From: the human T2T-CHM13v2.0 reference genome, Homo sapiens
NCBI RefSeq assembly: GCF_009914755.1
Contig: NC_060936.1
Length of the DNA: 64,000 nucleotides
Strand: one strand, 5' to 3'
Positions 18,095 through 31,959 of this stretch are shown here, piece after piece (the first letter of the stretch is position 1; the number at the start of each line of letters is the position of its first letter). The translations under genes were made by a program, and so were the position numbers. A model generated the notes under the pieces. It was given only the letters and a program-made list of their open reading frames with translations, was not told the origin of the DNA and did no database searches.

Positions 18095-18725
18095 GTTTAT
18101 ACATTGTTAGTGGGAACGTAAATTATTAGAACCTCTTCAGAAAACAATATGGAGATTTCTCAAAGAACTAAAAATAGAACTACCATTCAACCCAGCAATC
18201 TCACTATATGGTATCTACCTAAATGAAAAGAAATTATTATAGTATATTAAAATATACAGCAGGACTATTCACAACAGCAAAGTCATGGAATTAACATAAG
18301 TGTCCATCAATCCAGCCCATCAATGTAATGACTGGATAAAGAAAGTGTGGCATATATACATCATGGAATACTACACAACTGTAAAAAAGAATGAAATCAC
18401 ATCTTTTGAAGCAGCCATAGATGGAGCTGGAGGCCATTAACCTAACTAAAATAACTCAGAAACAGAAAATCAAATACTGCATGTTCTCACTTATAAGTAG
18501 GAGCTAAACAATGGGTACACATGGACGTACAAAAGGAAATAACAGATAGTGGGGAGTTCAAAAGGGAAGAGTAGAAGGGGCGTGAGGGTTGAAAAATTAC
18601 CTACTGGGTATCATGTTCAGTATTCAGGTGATGGGCACACTAAAAGCTGAAACTTCAGCATTATACAATATATCCATGTAACAAACCTGTACATGTGCCC
18701 CCTGAATCTATAAAAATAAAATACA
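18095..18725 (+). mobile_element. L1MA/L1PB-type 3' end fragment
   Basis: gaactaccattcaacccagcaatc, catgttctcacttataagtaggagctaa, and 3' terminus atccatgtaacaaacctgtacatgtgccccctgaatctataaaaataaa. Confidence 0.85.
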
Positions 18726-18799
18726 TTAAATATGTTTTAAAACACAACAAAAAAATAGAAATTGTCAACAAACATAATGAAAAAAAAATTCAACCATCC

Positions 18800-19640
18800 A
18801 GATTTTTACCTCCACTTTAGTCCTTTATTCCAGACTCCAGGCTCAAATATCCAACTAGTTGCACTACATTGCCACTTAAATGGCTAACACACCTCTTAAA
18901 CATAACATGTCTAAATTGAACTTGATCTTAGCCACTCTCCCAAATCCAGCTCAATTACCAGCCTTTCCAATCTCAGGTATTAGCAACTCTGTCCTCTTAC
19001 TTCCTTGATACAAAAACCTTGTAATCATCCTCAACTCCTCTCTTTCACTCATACCCATTTCTCACCATTAAAATTCCTGTTGGCTCTACCTTCAAAATAT
19101 AGTACATCCAAAACCTAATCATTTCCCATAACTTCCACCTAATGAAGCTACCATCATTTCTTCCCTGTATAACTTCAAAAACAGACCTGTCTTGCCTAAA
19201 ATGTGTAACCAGCAATCCACTGCCCTTGGCGTAATAATAAAACTCCTTAATTTAACGCCATCCTACCTCTTCAGCTGAAACTCATAGTATGACTCTCTGC
19301 ACAGCAGTCACCTCTGCCACCTTTCACAACATGACACCTCACTACACAGAGCCTCTGAATATTCAATCTCTCAGCTTACACATTCCTCTTTCTCCTCTTC
19401 ACTAGTTAAATGCTATTTTTTATTAGAACTCAACTCCAACATCTTTTTCTCAGGAATACCTTGCCTGATCTCCCTGATGGTAGAATTTTACTTATTTCAG
19501 GTGCTTTATCAACACCTTAATACTGCACCATTGCATTGCATACTTGACCATTACATGATTACAGAAAAGATATTTGGTGGTAAAACACTTATTTCACCTT
19601 TATTTCACTTAATTTCTATATGCCTAGAACAATCATTCCA
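18800..19640 (+). mobile_element. L2 LINE fragment(s)
   Basis: ctccagactccaggctcaaatatccaact..., tggctctaccttcaaaatat, caggaataccttgcctgatc. Approximate. Confidence 0.6.
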
Positions 19641-21601
19641 TATTACTATTTCTAGATCATTTCAAGAAATATTCTCCAGCTCATAAATTCATTCCTAGGC
19701 ACATGGAAAACTCAGCCAGGACAGTTAATCCAATTCTTACATCCCATTTCATATTCTACTGATTGTCTCCCCCAGCTCTAAGTCCTTCAGCATTTAGGAA
19801 CTGTGGTCTGAAGAGACATTAATACATTAAATAAATCAGTGAACAAGTACAATGTGCATCTTGTTCTATACCAGCCCACTCCCTCCCTTCTTTCCAACTA
19901 AGAAATAAAAGTGACCTTTCTGAGATTCAGGGCCTGAGAAATGCTGGAGGTAGACTACAAGCATGAACATAGATGGGCGAATTATTAACATTGCTTTGCC
20001 GTAAAAGGTCCTAATTTGTGGTCAGGAAAGCTCATTTTTTTATTGGTTTAAAAGCATGATGCTTACCCACAAAATAGTATGAAAAGAATACGTTATCTAC
20101 TGCATTTTTTCCTCTTTCTCAAAGCATAATAAAGGATTAGCCTCCTAAATCTAATAATAATGATTTAGGCAAACAAACAAACAAACAAACAAAAGGCTCT
20201 TGGTTTGTGTTTTCTTACAAATAATGCTACAGTAAATTACAATATCCTAAAACTGGTTAAAAAGGCTTGAATAGGTTAAACAAAGACCAAGAGAATATCC
20301 AGGGCCATCTGCAAACACTTGCTTTTAGCATCATGAGATATATTTGTGCGGGCTCACTAACTCCTTGTAAATCACCATCTTTAAAATAACTTCAAGAATC
20401 AAGTGGTACAGAGCACAATTCTACGAGGAAGGATTAATGGGAGAATTTTTACAAAGGAGGAAAGAGAAGTTAAGCTTATGGAAAATGCATTATCCTAAAT
20501 TTTTCTAATGCTGTATTGCTTTTATTAATCTTCTTATCCTTACAAGATTTACAATAAAAAAAACAAAGACTTCAACGTATTTGGAGTACTAATAGTTAAC
20601 AAGTTGGAAGAGAACAGTTTAATTTTGCATTGAGACAGCACAATCTTTCTCAGCAGAACCACCCAGCATAAACTAAAACTATTTTATGGGACTACCCCAA
20701 GCTACTAAAGGCCTGGGAAATTAGACAGATGTGATTTATTCCACAAGTATTCAGAAAAAGACCTCATCTAATACAAATGTAAAGAAAAGTTTTTCAAAAA
20801 GCTTTTGGGACCAAAGAAGAATTCGACATTATCACTGACTTCTAAGAATTCCAGTTAATAATCAAGGTAGGTCTAAACCTTTTACATAGATACTTTTAAT
20901 TTTAACTCAGTGTGTTTTCTCTATTCTTTATTTATCAAAAACAAGTAAAATCCAACCAGAAGGCATTTGCTTTTGAAATTTCTCTTCCTGAACTATCAGA
21001 ATTGATAGTTTCTGTTCCATGTATGAAGTCTTACAAAGTAATGAAAAGTTATGCTTTCAATAATAGGCATACACATTTCATTTTAATACGAAATACTAGA
21101 AGATTTACTTTTGATTTTTCCCTCTTCTCTTACTAATCATAGAGAAATAACTATTATAAAATCATATTTCCTAAGTACTTACATAATCACTAAACATATG
21201 GGTAATTAAAATCCTTGATGTCTCCAGAACATCACAAACTAAATTCTCCATTCAAACTAATTTTCTATTTCCATTGATGAAATATGTTACAAATCATATG
21301 AGACAATGTATAAGAAACACTGCATATGTTTAAATTGTGGTGCTGCCACTTTACTAGCTGGCTTATCTCAGGCAACAGCAGTAACCTCCCTAAGCTTCAC
21401 TTTCATCTGTAAATTGGGAGCCATTATGAGAAACAAGAGCTTTCACACTTAGAAAATACTTTTAAAATGTCAGCTTAAAACATCCCTAAAACATATCCTG
21501 ACATCTTACTGCATACTTAAGATCAAAAAGAGAGAGAGAGAGAAAAAAAAAAGCAATACTGAGCTCCTGGACAGTCAGGGATGCACACCTGTTAGCTAAG
21601 T

Positions 21602-21766
21602 CCTTGCTAATTGAAGCATGTTCCATGAACCAGCAGTGTTTGCCTCACCTGGGAACTGGTTAGAAATGCAAACTTACAGGTCCCACCCTGAAACACTGAT
21701 TCAGGATTCTTATTTTAACACAATCTCCAGATGATTCCTATCCCCATTAAAATTTAAGCGGCACTG
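21602..21766 (+). mobile_element. MER5A1 (hAT-Charlie)
   Basis: cacctgggaactggttagaaatgcaaa...ttttaacacaatctccagatgattc...gcactg. Perfect 8-bp TSD agctaagt at 21594-21601 and 21767-21774. Confidence 0.85.
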
Positions 21767-22526
21767 AGCTAAGTGACGTGCTCCTGTATACAGACCTTAC
21801 AGCTTGTCTGAAAAAAATTCAGGTCTCAGCAAAATTACCAATGTTATGAATCATTGAGGTCATCTTCCAATGGTTAAAATCATAAATAATTATATCTGCA
21901 TATTATCTATTGTGCTATATGGACTTCAAATTATCTTTCCTGGGTTACTGAGTTTGTTGCACAAGTATTTGTGAGACATCTCTTTATAATTTGCAATAAT
22001 ATTGATAAGTGAGGGTCATTATGAAAGCAGCCGAGAATTTTTTTTTTAAGTTCACAATGTAACTAAAGTATACAGTCAATAACTCCAGATCTGAGCCTTA
22101 AATCCTAAAACCCTGATATGGCCCTATGGCTTAACCCAAATTCCAGAGACCATGTAGCCAGTTCCCTAATATAGACAACATTCTAGCAACTGAGGTGAAA
22201 CGGGTGTGAACAGGAGCTGCAGCTATTTAGAAACAAAATCTAAGTGAGGCTCTAGTACATAATATAGGTGAAATATATACTGTGGCTCAGAGTGGGATTG
22301 CAGCAGATATTCTGACAAATAGATATGTTACCAGCTTAACATTCCTAAATTGGAAGAAGCTCCATTCTTACCACCACCAACTCCAGGAACAATTTTTAAG
22401 GCAATTTCATGTGGTATTTTTTTATAGTTAAATATTTTTAAATTGGGGGCCAGATTTTGCATAAAAGAAAATGTGCTTAAACTGTACTCCATCTCAACCA
22501 TCTTTAAACTGAAATGAGTCTGAATT

Positions 22527-22789
22527 GGCAGGGTGCAGTGGCTCACGCCTGTAATCTGAGCACTTTGGGAGGCCGAGGTGGGCAGATCACTTTAGGTGTT
22601 TGAGACCAGACTGGCCAAAATGGCCAAACCCCATCTCTACTAAAAGTACATAAATTAGCTGAGCATGGTGGCTGGCACCTGTAATCCCAGCTACAGGAGG
22701 TAGAGGCTGCAGTGAGTCAAGATTGTGCCACTACACTCCAGCCTGGGTGACAGAGCAAGACTCCGTATCAGAAAAAAAAAAAAAAGAAA
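22527..22789 (+). mobile_element. AluS with a ~33-bp internal deletion in the right arm
   Basis: cccagctac-aggaggtagagg skips the gaggctgaggcaggagaatcgcttgaaccc segment. 16-bp TSD gaaatgagtctgaatt / gaaatgcatctgaatt. Confidence 0.9.
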
Positions 22790-22979
22790 GAAATGCATCT
22801 GAATTCTGCTTTATCACAATCATCTCTAAACTGAAAAAGTGAATTCCTTTCTGTCCCTTCCTCATACTAAGCTCCCATATCATTGTTTTCTTTAATTCTT
22901 AATCTATAATAATTTTATACCATTTATAAATATGTACAGAAAACTGAAGGCCACATACCATTTTCAAGGTAGCCATTGG

Positions 22980-23075
22980 AGAGGCCAGTGCAGCTGGGTT
23001 GTTGTTTTGTACGTTTGGTTGAGGACATGGGTGCTGTGGCTTTATTCTCCAGTGGGCACTATGTTGTCCCTTTAC
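22980..23075 (+). mobile_element. Possible ancient tRNA-derived SINE remnant (MamSINE1-like)
   Basis: ggccagtgcagctgggttg...gaggacatgggtgctgtggctttattctccagtgggc loosely resembles a tRNA-derived SINE head, from memory only. Confidence 0.3.
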
Positions 23076-24119
23076 CTTTATTGTGCAGTTGGGTTGTCGG
23101 AATTGCTACTTTCCACGTAATTGCCAAAATCAACTTCTAAGATGCTTTAAATTGCATATGTCTCATTCTTGCCTATTCTTACTTCAAAATGCAATTTTGT
23201 ATTATCTCAATTGAGAACAAAATAAGCTCATTTTTAAACAATTACTTAACAGCACTGGAGATAAAAAGTTGCATTTTCTGCCTAGGTTGAGTGTTTTTCT
23301 TCTCTCTTAAATTGGGTCTCCTATGAATGATACCTAGATTATCACTCTTTTGCTTTGGTATAAATCTGAAATCCTCTTACTTATTTCAAAGCCTTATGAT
23401 ACTAAGAAGGAGGACTAGCCTTCTGATCACCTAAAGAATCCCATTTTGGTCCCCTAGAACTGTGCTAGACAGTTTGATTTAATTATTATTGCAGATAGAT
23501 TTGCATAACGCTTTCTTCTGAAAAGTCTTTGGTCACTTAAGCAATGCCATTATATGTGCAGAGACATTCTTTTGAGAAAGTGTAATGGGACATGAAAAAT
23601 AATAAAATCCACAAAACACATTTATTCAAGGATTTTAATAATGAAGAGAAATTGCAATTCAGAGTGAAGAACTAGAAGCTGAGTACTGTCTATTATTTTT
23701 TAATAAAACATAATTAAATAGGCACAGTATAATGCCTTAGAGCCAGAGGACAGTATCCGTGTTACGTCTACCGGAAAACCCACTTTCATATCAGACAAAA
23801 GGGGAGGTCAATACATTCTTATGCCATCTGTGGAATTTATTGAAGATGCAGAGCAGCAATTAATTTAACAACAATTTTATATGAGTGCACCAGACAACAT
23901 TGTTTGTGGTAAAATAAGAATGTTTGGGCTTCCATTGACTATTTCTCATTAAAAGATCTCCCATAAATTGCCATTTTCTTGTCAAGGTTGCCTGGGAAAG
24001 AGAACAAAAGCCCCCCAATGCCTTTTCTAAACACCTACTGAAACCCGGAGAGACGTGCTGTTTTCAGGCTTCCCTCAGCACTTCCACCTGGTGCTCCCTT
24101 GCCAAAGGAAGAAAACATC

Positions 24120-24640
24120 TGGGACCATCTTCTTGTAGAATAATTTGGCAAAAGCTGGCAATATTAAAAGTGTCATAGTCTTTGACCCAGCAACTCCACC
24201 CTTAGCAACTTACTCTATAGAAAAAAGCCATAAGACTGCACCAAGATTATGCATTAATGGCTTCCTGCAATATTATTTCTCATAACAAATGTATAAATTA
24301 GTTAGAAACAATCAAAATATCTTTAGAGAGGGAAGAAATAAAATAATAAACTATATAGTGGGATAATATGCAACTATTTTTATTTAATATGAAAATATCT
24401 CCAATATATGTTATTAACAAAAAAACAAAGTTCAGGAAAATGCTTAATATCATTTACAATATATAAAAAGCCTAGACAGGCAATGTGAGTAGACACATTA
24501 AAAGTCATCTGGAGGGAAACACAAAAACCAGAAGTTTGGAGGAGAAAGAATAGGGAGGTGTTTATGTTTCATTTTATATCTGTTTGCATGGTTTGCAGAT
24601 TTATTATATGCATGCATTATTTTTAATTAAAGCATTAAAA
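24120..24640 (+). mobile_element. L1ME-like 3' fragment
   Basis: tttgacccagcaactccacccttagcaact and ggataatatgcaactatt motifs. Confidence 0.6.
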
Positions 24641-26019
24641 ATACTGTACTAGGATTGGGAAGAAAGAATGGTAGAGTTAAACTACTTACACTACCCAGGA
24701 CTAGCATACAGGACACAGCAGCTAAGTCACTGTGACATTGTAATCACTCTGTGATTCTGCCCTACATTTCCCTGGCATTCCAGCTCTGCTATGAGCTGAC
24801 TAATTAACAGTAGATTTATATTTTTCTAAAGATCATTAAAATATATCACATGCTGTCTCACAGCCTTAATCTGAAGGCTGCATTGTTAATTATTCTAGTT
24901 TATTAATATATTGCCAATTCGGTATTTTTCCACTGATTGGACATCATTTTTTATAATGTTTAAAAGGTAGCAGCATGCCAAGTGCCTTTTTAAAGGGTTT
25001 TTTTTTTAATTAAGATAAAATTAATGACAGTACAGTATTTAGGAAGCCTACAGGATTATCTTGATGAAATCTCTCTTTAAAAATTTAGCTATTTGTCTTT
25101 AGAGAAAACATTCCCTATCAGAAGCTCATTATCTTAAAGTAATATACAAGTGAACTATTTTCTTGCCTATTTGTCACATATACCTATAGAATTATAAAAG
25201 TGTTCTAATTCTATGATTTATTCAATGTTATTTCAAATACTAAATTAAAGTAATTTTAGTGAGAAAAGACCGTCCAGACCAAGGCTGGATATGTGATTTC
25301 CAGTGACACCATTAGCTTTCAGCTCAATTTTTTGCTGTGTCATAAAATTCCTTATTCACTACAGACTTTCAAGAAATATTCTTAAAACAGCGCATCTGAT
25401 ACGTAAAACAACACACCTTTCTTTTGATTGCTACTTCTACCTTTTTCATTATTACATAATTCCTCTCATTTTATATTGGCATTCTATTCATGTGGCCCCT
25501 CGTGTCTCTATCACACCAACTAATTTATAATTGTGTTCATGCATGAGAACCTCCAGTACATCCTAAATATTTCCCATGCTTCCAGCATTATTGTAAAAAT
25601 AGCTATGTTTACTGGTTACTTTGTTTCAAAATTATTTTCTTTTTCACCATAGCCTACATAAATTATGTTTTCCCCCTCTGTTAAAAACAAAAAAAAATTA
25701 TTGGTGAATTATATTCTGCTGATTTTTGTTGAAAAGTCAAGAACACATGTTCAGAAATCTCTGATTCCATTTTATCAGATTATCATCCAATTTTTAAAAT
25801 CACTAAGTACTTGAGCAGCAATCATTTAATCTCCACTACCCTTACTTTGCTACACATTTTAAGGTGACAGGACTAGAATCATCTATATTGATGTGCAAAT
25901 AAAATAAGCCTCCCAAATTACCACTTCTACTAAAAGCAAGAAAATAGTTCTTTGGAAAAGTATAAATAGAAAATACTTACTCTTACTTTTTATTATTTAA
26001 TATTAATGAAAGCAGCCCA

Positions 26020-26610
26020 TAAATATACAAAAAGGCACTCATCTTCATTAGTCACCTGGGAAATAACAAAATTAGGCCGCGGTACAATATCATTTACCAA
26101 CATCATTTATCAGAATGTTAAAATTAAAAAGACTAAAAATGCCAAGTGTGGGTGAGGGTGTGGGGCAACTGGAATTTTCCTACCTTGTTGGTGAGAAAAT
26201 AAACTAGTATAAGCACTTTGGAAAACTGTTTGGAAAACTGGTTTTGCCATAGAGTCAAACAGTTTTACCCTCTGACCAAACAATTCCACTGTTTTAAATA
26301 TATACCCATCAAATACATACATAACTAAGACCAAGAAACATGTAAAGAATTATTCTATGAGTACTATTCACATAGCCCAAATCGGCAAACTACCTAACTG
26401 CCATCCAACAATAGACTGAATTGTGGTACATAAACACAAATAAAATATATGCAGCAATAAGTATAACTGATCTGCAGTGGACGTCAAAATGATACAATAA
26501 GTATGAATGAGATGCAGCTACATTTTTGACCCGCATCAGAAATATGGATGAGCCTCACAAAGGTGATTCTGAGTACAAGAAGCCAGACACACAAAACAGT
26601 ACATAATAAT
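26020..26610 (+). mobile_element. L1M (MD/ME) 3' fragment
   Basis: atcttcattagtcacctgggaaat, gcactttggaaaactgtttgg, ctgaccaaacaattccact, atggatgagcctcacaaag...agaagccagacac. Confidence 0.7.
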
Positions 26611-26944
26611 GAGATATTAGTTCTGGGTTTCAACCTTGATTAAGATACGCCCACAATATTGAGGAAGAGAGTGGTCTTGGGGAAATCAGGACACAATTTG
26701 AGAGAAAAAAATTACCGTGCATTACATACTATTTGATCTTAGTAATGTCACAATCTACCTGGCTTCATTATTCTTCTATAAAATGGGAATAATGAAACCA
26801 TACCTCCCAAAAGCAAATGGCTATTTCAAAGAACTCTTGAGGTCCTACGTAGCTTTAAAATCTAAAGCTAATGAACTAATGAGATCATTTCACTACTTTG
26901 TATTTTTATCAATAAAAACATGAGTGACTCTTTTAATAAAAACA

Positions 26945-27170
26945 GTAATAACAGTTAACATTGTTCTAAGCACTTTACATTTATTACCTATTCAGTGCTT
27001 ACACAGCCTCTATAAAGTAGATACAATTGTTATTTCCATTATACATATGAGGCAACTGAGTCCATGAGAGGTTAAGCAATTTGACCAAAGTCTCACAGCT
27101 AATAAGTTGTGGAGTCAGAATTCAGACCCAGAAAATCCGACTTGTAACTCACAGAATTAACTATTCAATA
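26945..27170 (-). mobile_element. MIR SINE
   Basis: Core ccattatacatatgaggcaactgagtccatgagaggttaagcaatttgaccaaagtctcacagctaataagt. Confidence 0.8.
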
Positions 27171-29877
27171 TGCAAAGATATTACAGTAAGTCCACTTTAA
27201 CTAAACCAAGATGGCTTTTAAAATTAAGTTTAAAATAATCTGATGTCTAATCAGCACATAGAATATTAAAGTGTAATCTATATTATATACTGAAACTCTG
27301 ACCTTGCTCAACCAAAAGAATGATGATTTGTATTTATTCATATAATTCTGGACTCTGAGGAAATACCACTTAAACTAACTGTTGCTACTAGGCAAATACC
27401 AACCAGTTCTGATGGTCACATTCACATTCCCTGTATTTGAGAACTCTCTAACAATGGAGGAAAGACATTACAGCATCAGTTCAGATTTGCCTCAGATTCC
27501 CTATTCTCATGAACCGCCTTTCCTGTGAAGCAGAGCTCTGTACACAAGCCTGAATCTACAATCAATATAAATAAATAAATAAAGGCATGCATCCATGTAA
27601 TAGCATTAATATTCAGAAAAATTAAATTGTTTCCTAAATTCAGTGACTTTCAGTAACATTTGATTTCCTAGAATTTCAGTCAATTATTTTCTGATAATTT
27701 TTTTTTTAAACCTGGGTTGAGATTTTATGTACTTTAATCATATCTTGACCTCATTCTATTTCAGAGTTAAGGTCACCTAAAATATTTATACTTTCCATTT
27801 TCTACAGCTATCTTGAATATGTGTCACTAAATGTCCCTGTTTGCTAGTTGAGAGCCTGAGACCGGGATAAAGGATGTGGAGGAGATGGTGACTGAAAGGA
27901 AAGAGGATGAGTGGTGAAGGCAAACTCTGCTGCCTAAGACTCAACCAGGATTCCAAAACACCTCTGGTGAGCTTAGCAACTGGTCGATAAAAGTAGATCA
28001 CTTAGATTAATTATAACAGATGGTTTTTTTTTAAAAAAAAAAGGAAAGCAGGCTGTCAAACACAGCACTTTCAGATGGAACTTCTCTGAGACCTCTAACT
28101 AACTGCATGTTCCTGAATGACTTGGAATTCTCCTTATTAGGAAGATGGAGATAATACGTACTTATAGAGCTGTAAAGATCAAATGAGGCACAAAGTATGT
28201 GTCTTGTAACCTATAGGAGAAATATGGCTTCATTATGGCTGTAATTACTATGGCTTTAACGATTTGGCCTTGGCATTCCTGCCTTTGGATTTTATCCTCT
28301 CTGTTTAACTCCAGCACACTATTTTAATGGTCCAGGCAGGAAATTAAGCCCCTCCTCCCAATGCTTTGTTTATGTAGATTCAACTAAAGAAAAGGCTTGG
28401 TTTCTTCTGACTTCTTTCCCAGAACAACAACCATCTTGCTATTCATCAGTATTTATATTCAGATAACGAGCTGGAGTTGAAGTTACCGAGGGAAAGTATA
28501 AAGGAAGCTGCAAAATAGGACTGCCCAGAAATGCGCAAACAACTCCGATGAAGCAAGCCTGAAAGCATTAAAGGAAGAGCACCAAAAAGTGACTGGCCAC
28601 ATGCACGTGTTTCGTTCATTTCAATCTTGGCAGAGTCACATTCAGCAGTTAGGTTATACGCTTTACCTTCCAAGGGCTTTAGAAACAGTAAGCTATTAAT
28701 CTCTTTAAGCTGTTTTCAATAATAATCTATTTTATCAGGTTTTGTCATTAAAAAGGCAGTTGAGCAGAAGCGTTTCAAAGATAGGATCAATGTAGGGTCT
28801 AAGAAGAGGGCTTATATTTATATTTAAAAGAGTAAAAAACATAGGAATTTACTTCTACTCCACTAAAATTAGATTTTCATAAATTATAACAGTGACACTA
28901 CTGTGGAATTAACATAGGAAAATAAGACTGTTTCTCCTCACATGCAATGGTGATACACACACACACGCACAAACACACATACAAGACATCATAGACATGT
29001 GTAACTATTGGTTTCTCCCACTTTTTTTAAATACATATGAAAATCTGTACTATTTAAGTCAGTCAGTCAAAGGATTACTATTACATTTATTTTAAGTGTT
29101 ATTTGTCTTCTACAAGACTTTTCAGAAGCACATTTTCTGGATATTGTCAGTGACTTATTTTTAAATTGTGCTTTGCAGAGACTCATTCCCAAAAAGAACC
29201 GCTAAGAATATTCACCATATGAACTAAATGCTTATTTCCCTAAGGGGAAATATCTATGGCTGTTTACTGAAATGTCTTGCTAGCTCTAGTAAAATGTTAA
29301 ATTCATTAAAACTAAAATTTCAAATCTTTGAAATAACAAGCAAACATAAGCATGAACCCTCTCTATTCCTCTCTATTCCATGGTACTTATATATCATTAA
29401 ATGTGAACAGAAAGATAAAGTCGCTTAATACTTATTATTTTTTAGCCATATCTAATGAGGGCCTATGGCTTTTTTTTTTCATTATGTTGTGGTCTGCTCA
29501 CTGATTACTCACTTCCAGCTTTAACTATTTTCTATATGAAGCAAACAGTTGGTTTTCAATCATTAACACCAAAGACTGCCTGAAACACTCTTCATTAATG
29601 AATCTCAAAACATTTTATCATTTCATTATGTCTAACCGCATGTTTATTGGGAAGAATTCAAGCATTAGTCCGATTTAGTCTGCAGTTTACTCTTGGTAAC
29701 ACAGGCAAATGGTAAGATGAGAATTGAAATTCACTTCTGACGAATCTCTCACAATGGCCCGTTATTTCAATCAACCTGTATCTAATAACACTGACATCAC
29801 TTAATGCAAATCTGTCATATCCATGAATAACAACATAAAATTATGGATGTAAAGAAAGATAAAAGAAGTTAAAGCAG

Positions 29878-30203
<326 letters not shown>

Positions 30204-31434
30204 CTATTGTATTATGAATATGAAGCCATATATGTATATATGGTCCTTCTTCCTTCCTCTTTCTAACCACCTACAAACAAAACTATATATTGCCACAAGC
30301 CTCCTTTTATTAAGAGAAGTCCTAGAAAAATGCAGATTATTTCTCACCAAGGAAATTAGCTAGTGACATGTAAGAAAAATTGTATTCAATCCTTCCTAGT
30401 TCCACTGAATCGACTTGACTAGGCTAATACAGTCTTATGAGACGGACTGGCTTCAATGTAAAGCCTAATAGAATTAAATATAAATGCCTTCCTGAGGGAA
30501 TTAAATCAACGGACTATGAAGCAACTTCTTGATTTTTCTCTGATAGCTTGTCACCCTCACCAGCAGTAGCACATTGCTACTGTCTTTCTCTCTCTCCACC
30601 CCGCCGCCACTTCTCCCTACTTTGTCTTTTTGAGAGTATACATATAAATACACTTGCATTTACAGAGCTCTATATATTCCACAAACTTTAAAACAACTCA
30701 GTTTTCATGTATGTTACTACTCCTTTGTGGAAAAAACAGCAAAATTTTTAAACACTCTTTTTAACAAAGGTTTAAGTGAAGTCTTTTAAAGTATAAGAAA
30801 CATAAATAAATTATTTCCATTATTTATTGAACGATCTAGAACCCAGTTAAGGGTAGTTACAGATGAGTCAAAAAGTATTTTCTGACAACCGAAGTGAACT
30901 GCTATATAATGACTGCTAAAAGGCAGAAAAGCTTCCACACATGGTGGTGTGAGCCTTTTTTTCCCTGAATGAAGGCCATGGCCCTTATCTACACTGGACA
31001 ATCCTATAATAATGTGGACTTCTGTTGTTTGGGCTAATGGAACAGCATATCTTCTGCTGCTGAAGGCCACTTGTATCATGGATTTCTTTGGTTATTGCAG
31101 CCGTGTGAACCATTCTTAACCTATTTGGGAGACACTTACAATAAATAGTACAATTAGTGAAATAACTTCCAGTAAGTTTCTTACACATGTTTCCTACTAC
31201 TATCACTATATGGAATAGATTACTCCAAGAAAAAATTGTCCTACTGGAATAGGGGCATAGCATTTTAAAATGGAAAAGAACTAATCAACCAAAACAGAGA
31301 AAGTATTCTTCCTTTATTCCATCACTTCTGAAAGCTATTTAGCTTGCCCAGATTAAACCAATGATGGGTGAATACTTATTAATACAGTGCTTTATTTTTC
31401 CAAAGAAAGTATTCATCATAAAAGTTATGCTCAC

Positions 31435-31537
31435 ATTTGCATTCCTTACAGCATTTGCCATCCACATACGCAAGAGCCGACTTAAGTGGGCAGTCAGGAT
31501 TTGGGCAGATTAGAGTTTCACACTGGATGGTTCCATT
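31435..31537 (-). CDS. NELL2: NELL2 coding exon (~exon 9), 103 nt, VWC1 C-terminal half
   Basis: Acceptor tttccttttcag|AAT, donor AAA T|gtgagc. Translates NGTIQCETLICPNPDCPLKSALAYVDGKCCKECK, with the VWC CC-x-x-C motif. Confidence 0.97.
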
Positions 31538-31672
31538 CTGAAAAGGAAACAATATTTAAAGAATTTCCATGTTAGAGTTTAGTAGTTTTCAAGAATTTTT
31601 GAATTCATTCCTTAAATTTTAAACTCTTCATGTGAAGAGAACAGAACAGGCCATTCATTGCCAGGAGGGGAG

Positions 31673-31705
31673 GCGGTGCTGACAATCACCACAAGGAGGC
31701 GCCAA
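31673..31705 (+). promoter_or_regulatory. Candidate CTCF site (core plus upstream motif)
   Basis: Core CCACAAGGAGGCGC vs consensus CCASYAGRKGGCRS; GCGGTGCT 8 bp upstream vs GCAGTRCC. Lies in a GC/CpG-retaining patch. Confidence 0.5.
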
Positions 31706-31902
31706 ACTGGAGACAGGACCACCGCAAGGAATTTGATTCCTAAAGGTGGCCAGAGCTCCCAGGTAGCTGGCTGCTCGGGCTTCCCATTTTATTGACTTCA
31801 CTATACCACATTCCGTCTTCTACTCAATTTAACCTTTGCTCCCCATTTAAAAAATTTAGGAACATATCATGTTCCTGAATAAAAACTGTATCATGCACAC
31901 GA

Positions 31903-31959
31903 ACATGCACGCACGCACACACACATGCATGTGCGTGCGCACGCACACACACACACACA
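31903..31959. repeat. 57-bp strictly alternating purine/pyrimidine (CA/CG/TG) tract
   Basis: acatgcacgcacgcacacacacatgcatgtgcgtgcgcacgcacacacacacacaca. Confidence 0.9.

Noticed and set aside
17742-18121. Alu-derived ORFs (also 29938..30270 and 55444..55746) as protein genes
   Set aside because: These are the usual translations of Alu sequence, with no splice or start context supporting expression.
22960-23125. Intronic snoRNA or other ncRNA gene
   Set aside because: No convincing C/D or H/ACA box arrangement. A decayed SINE is more plausible; an Rfam/Dfam search would settle it.
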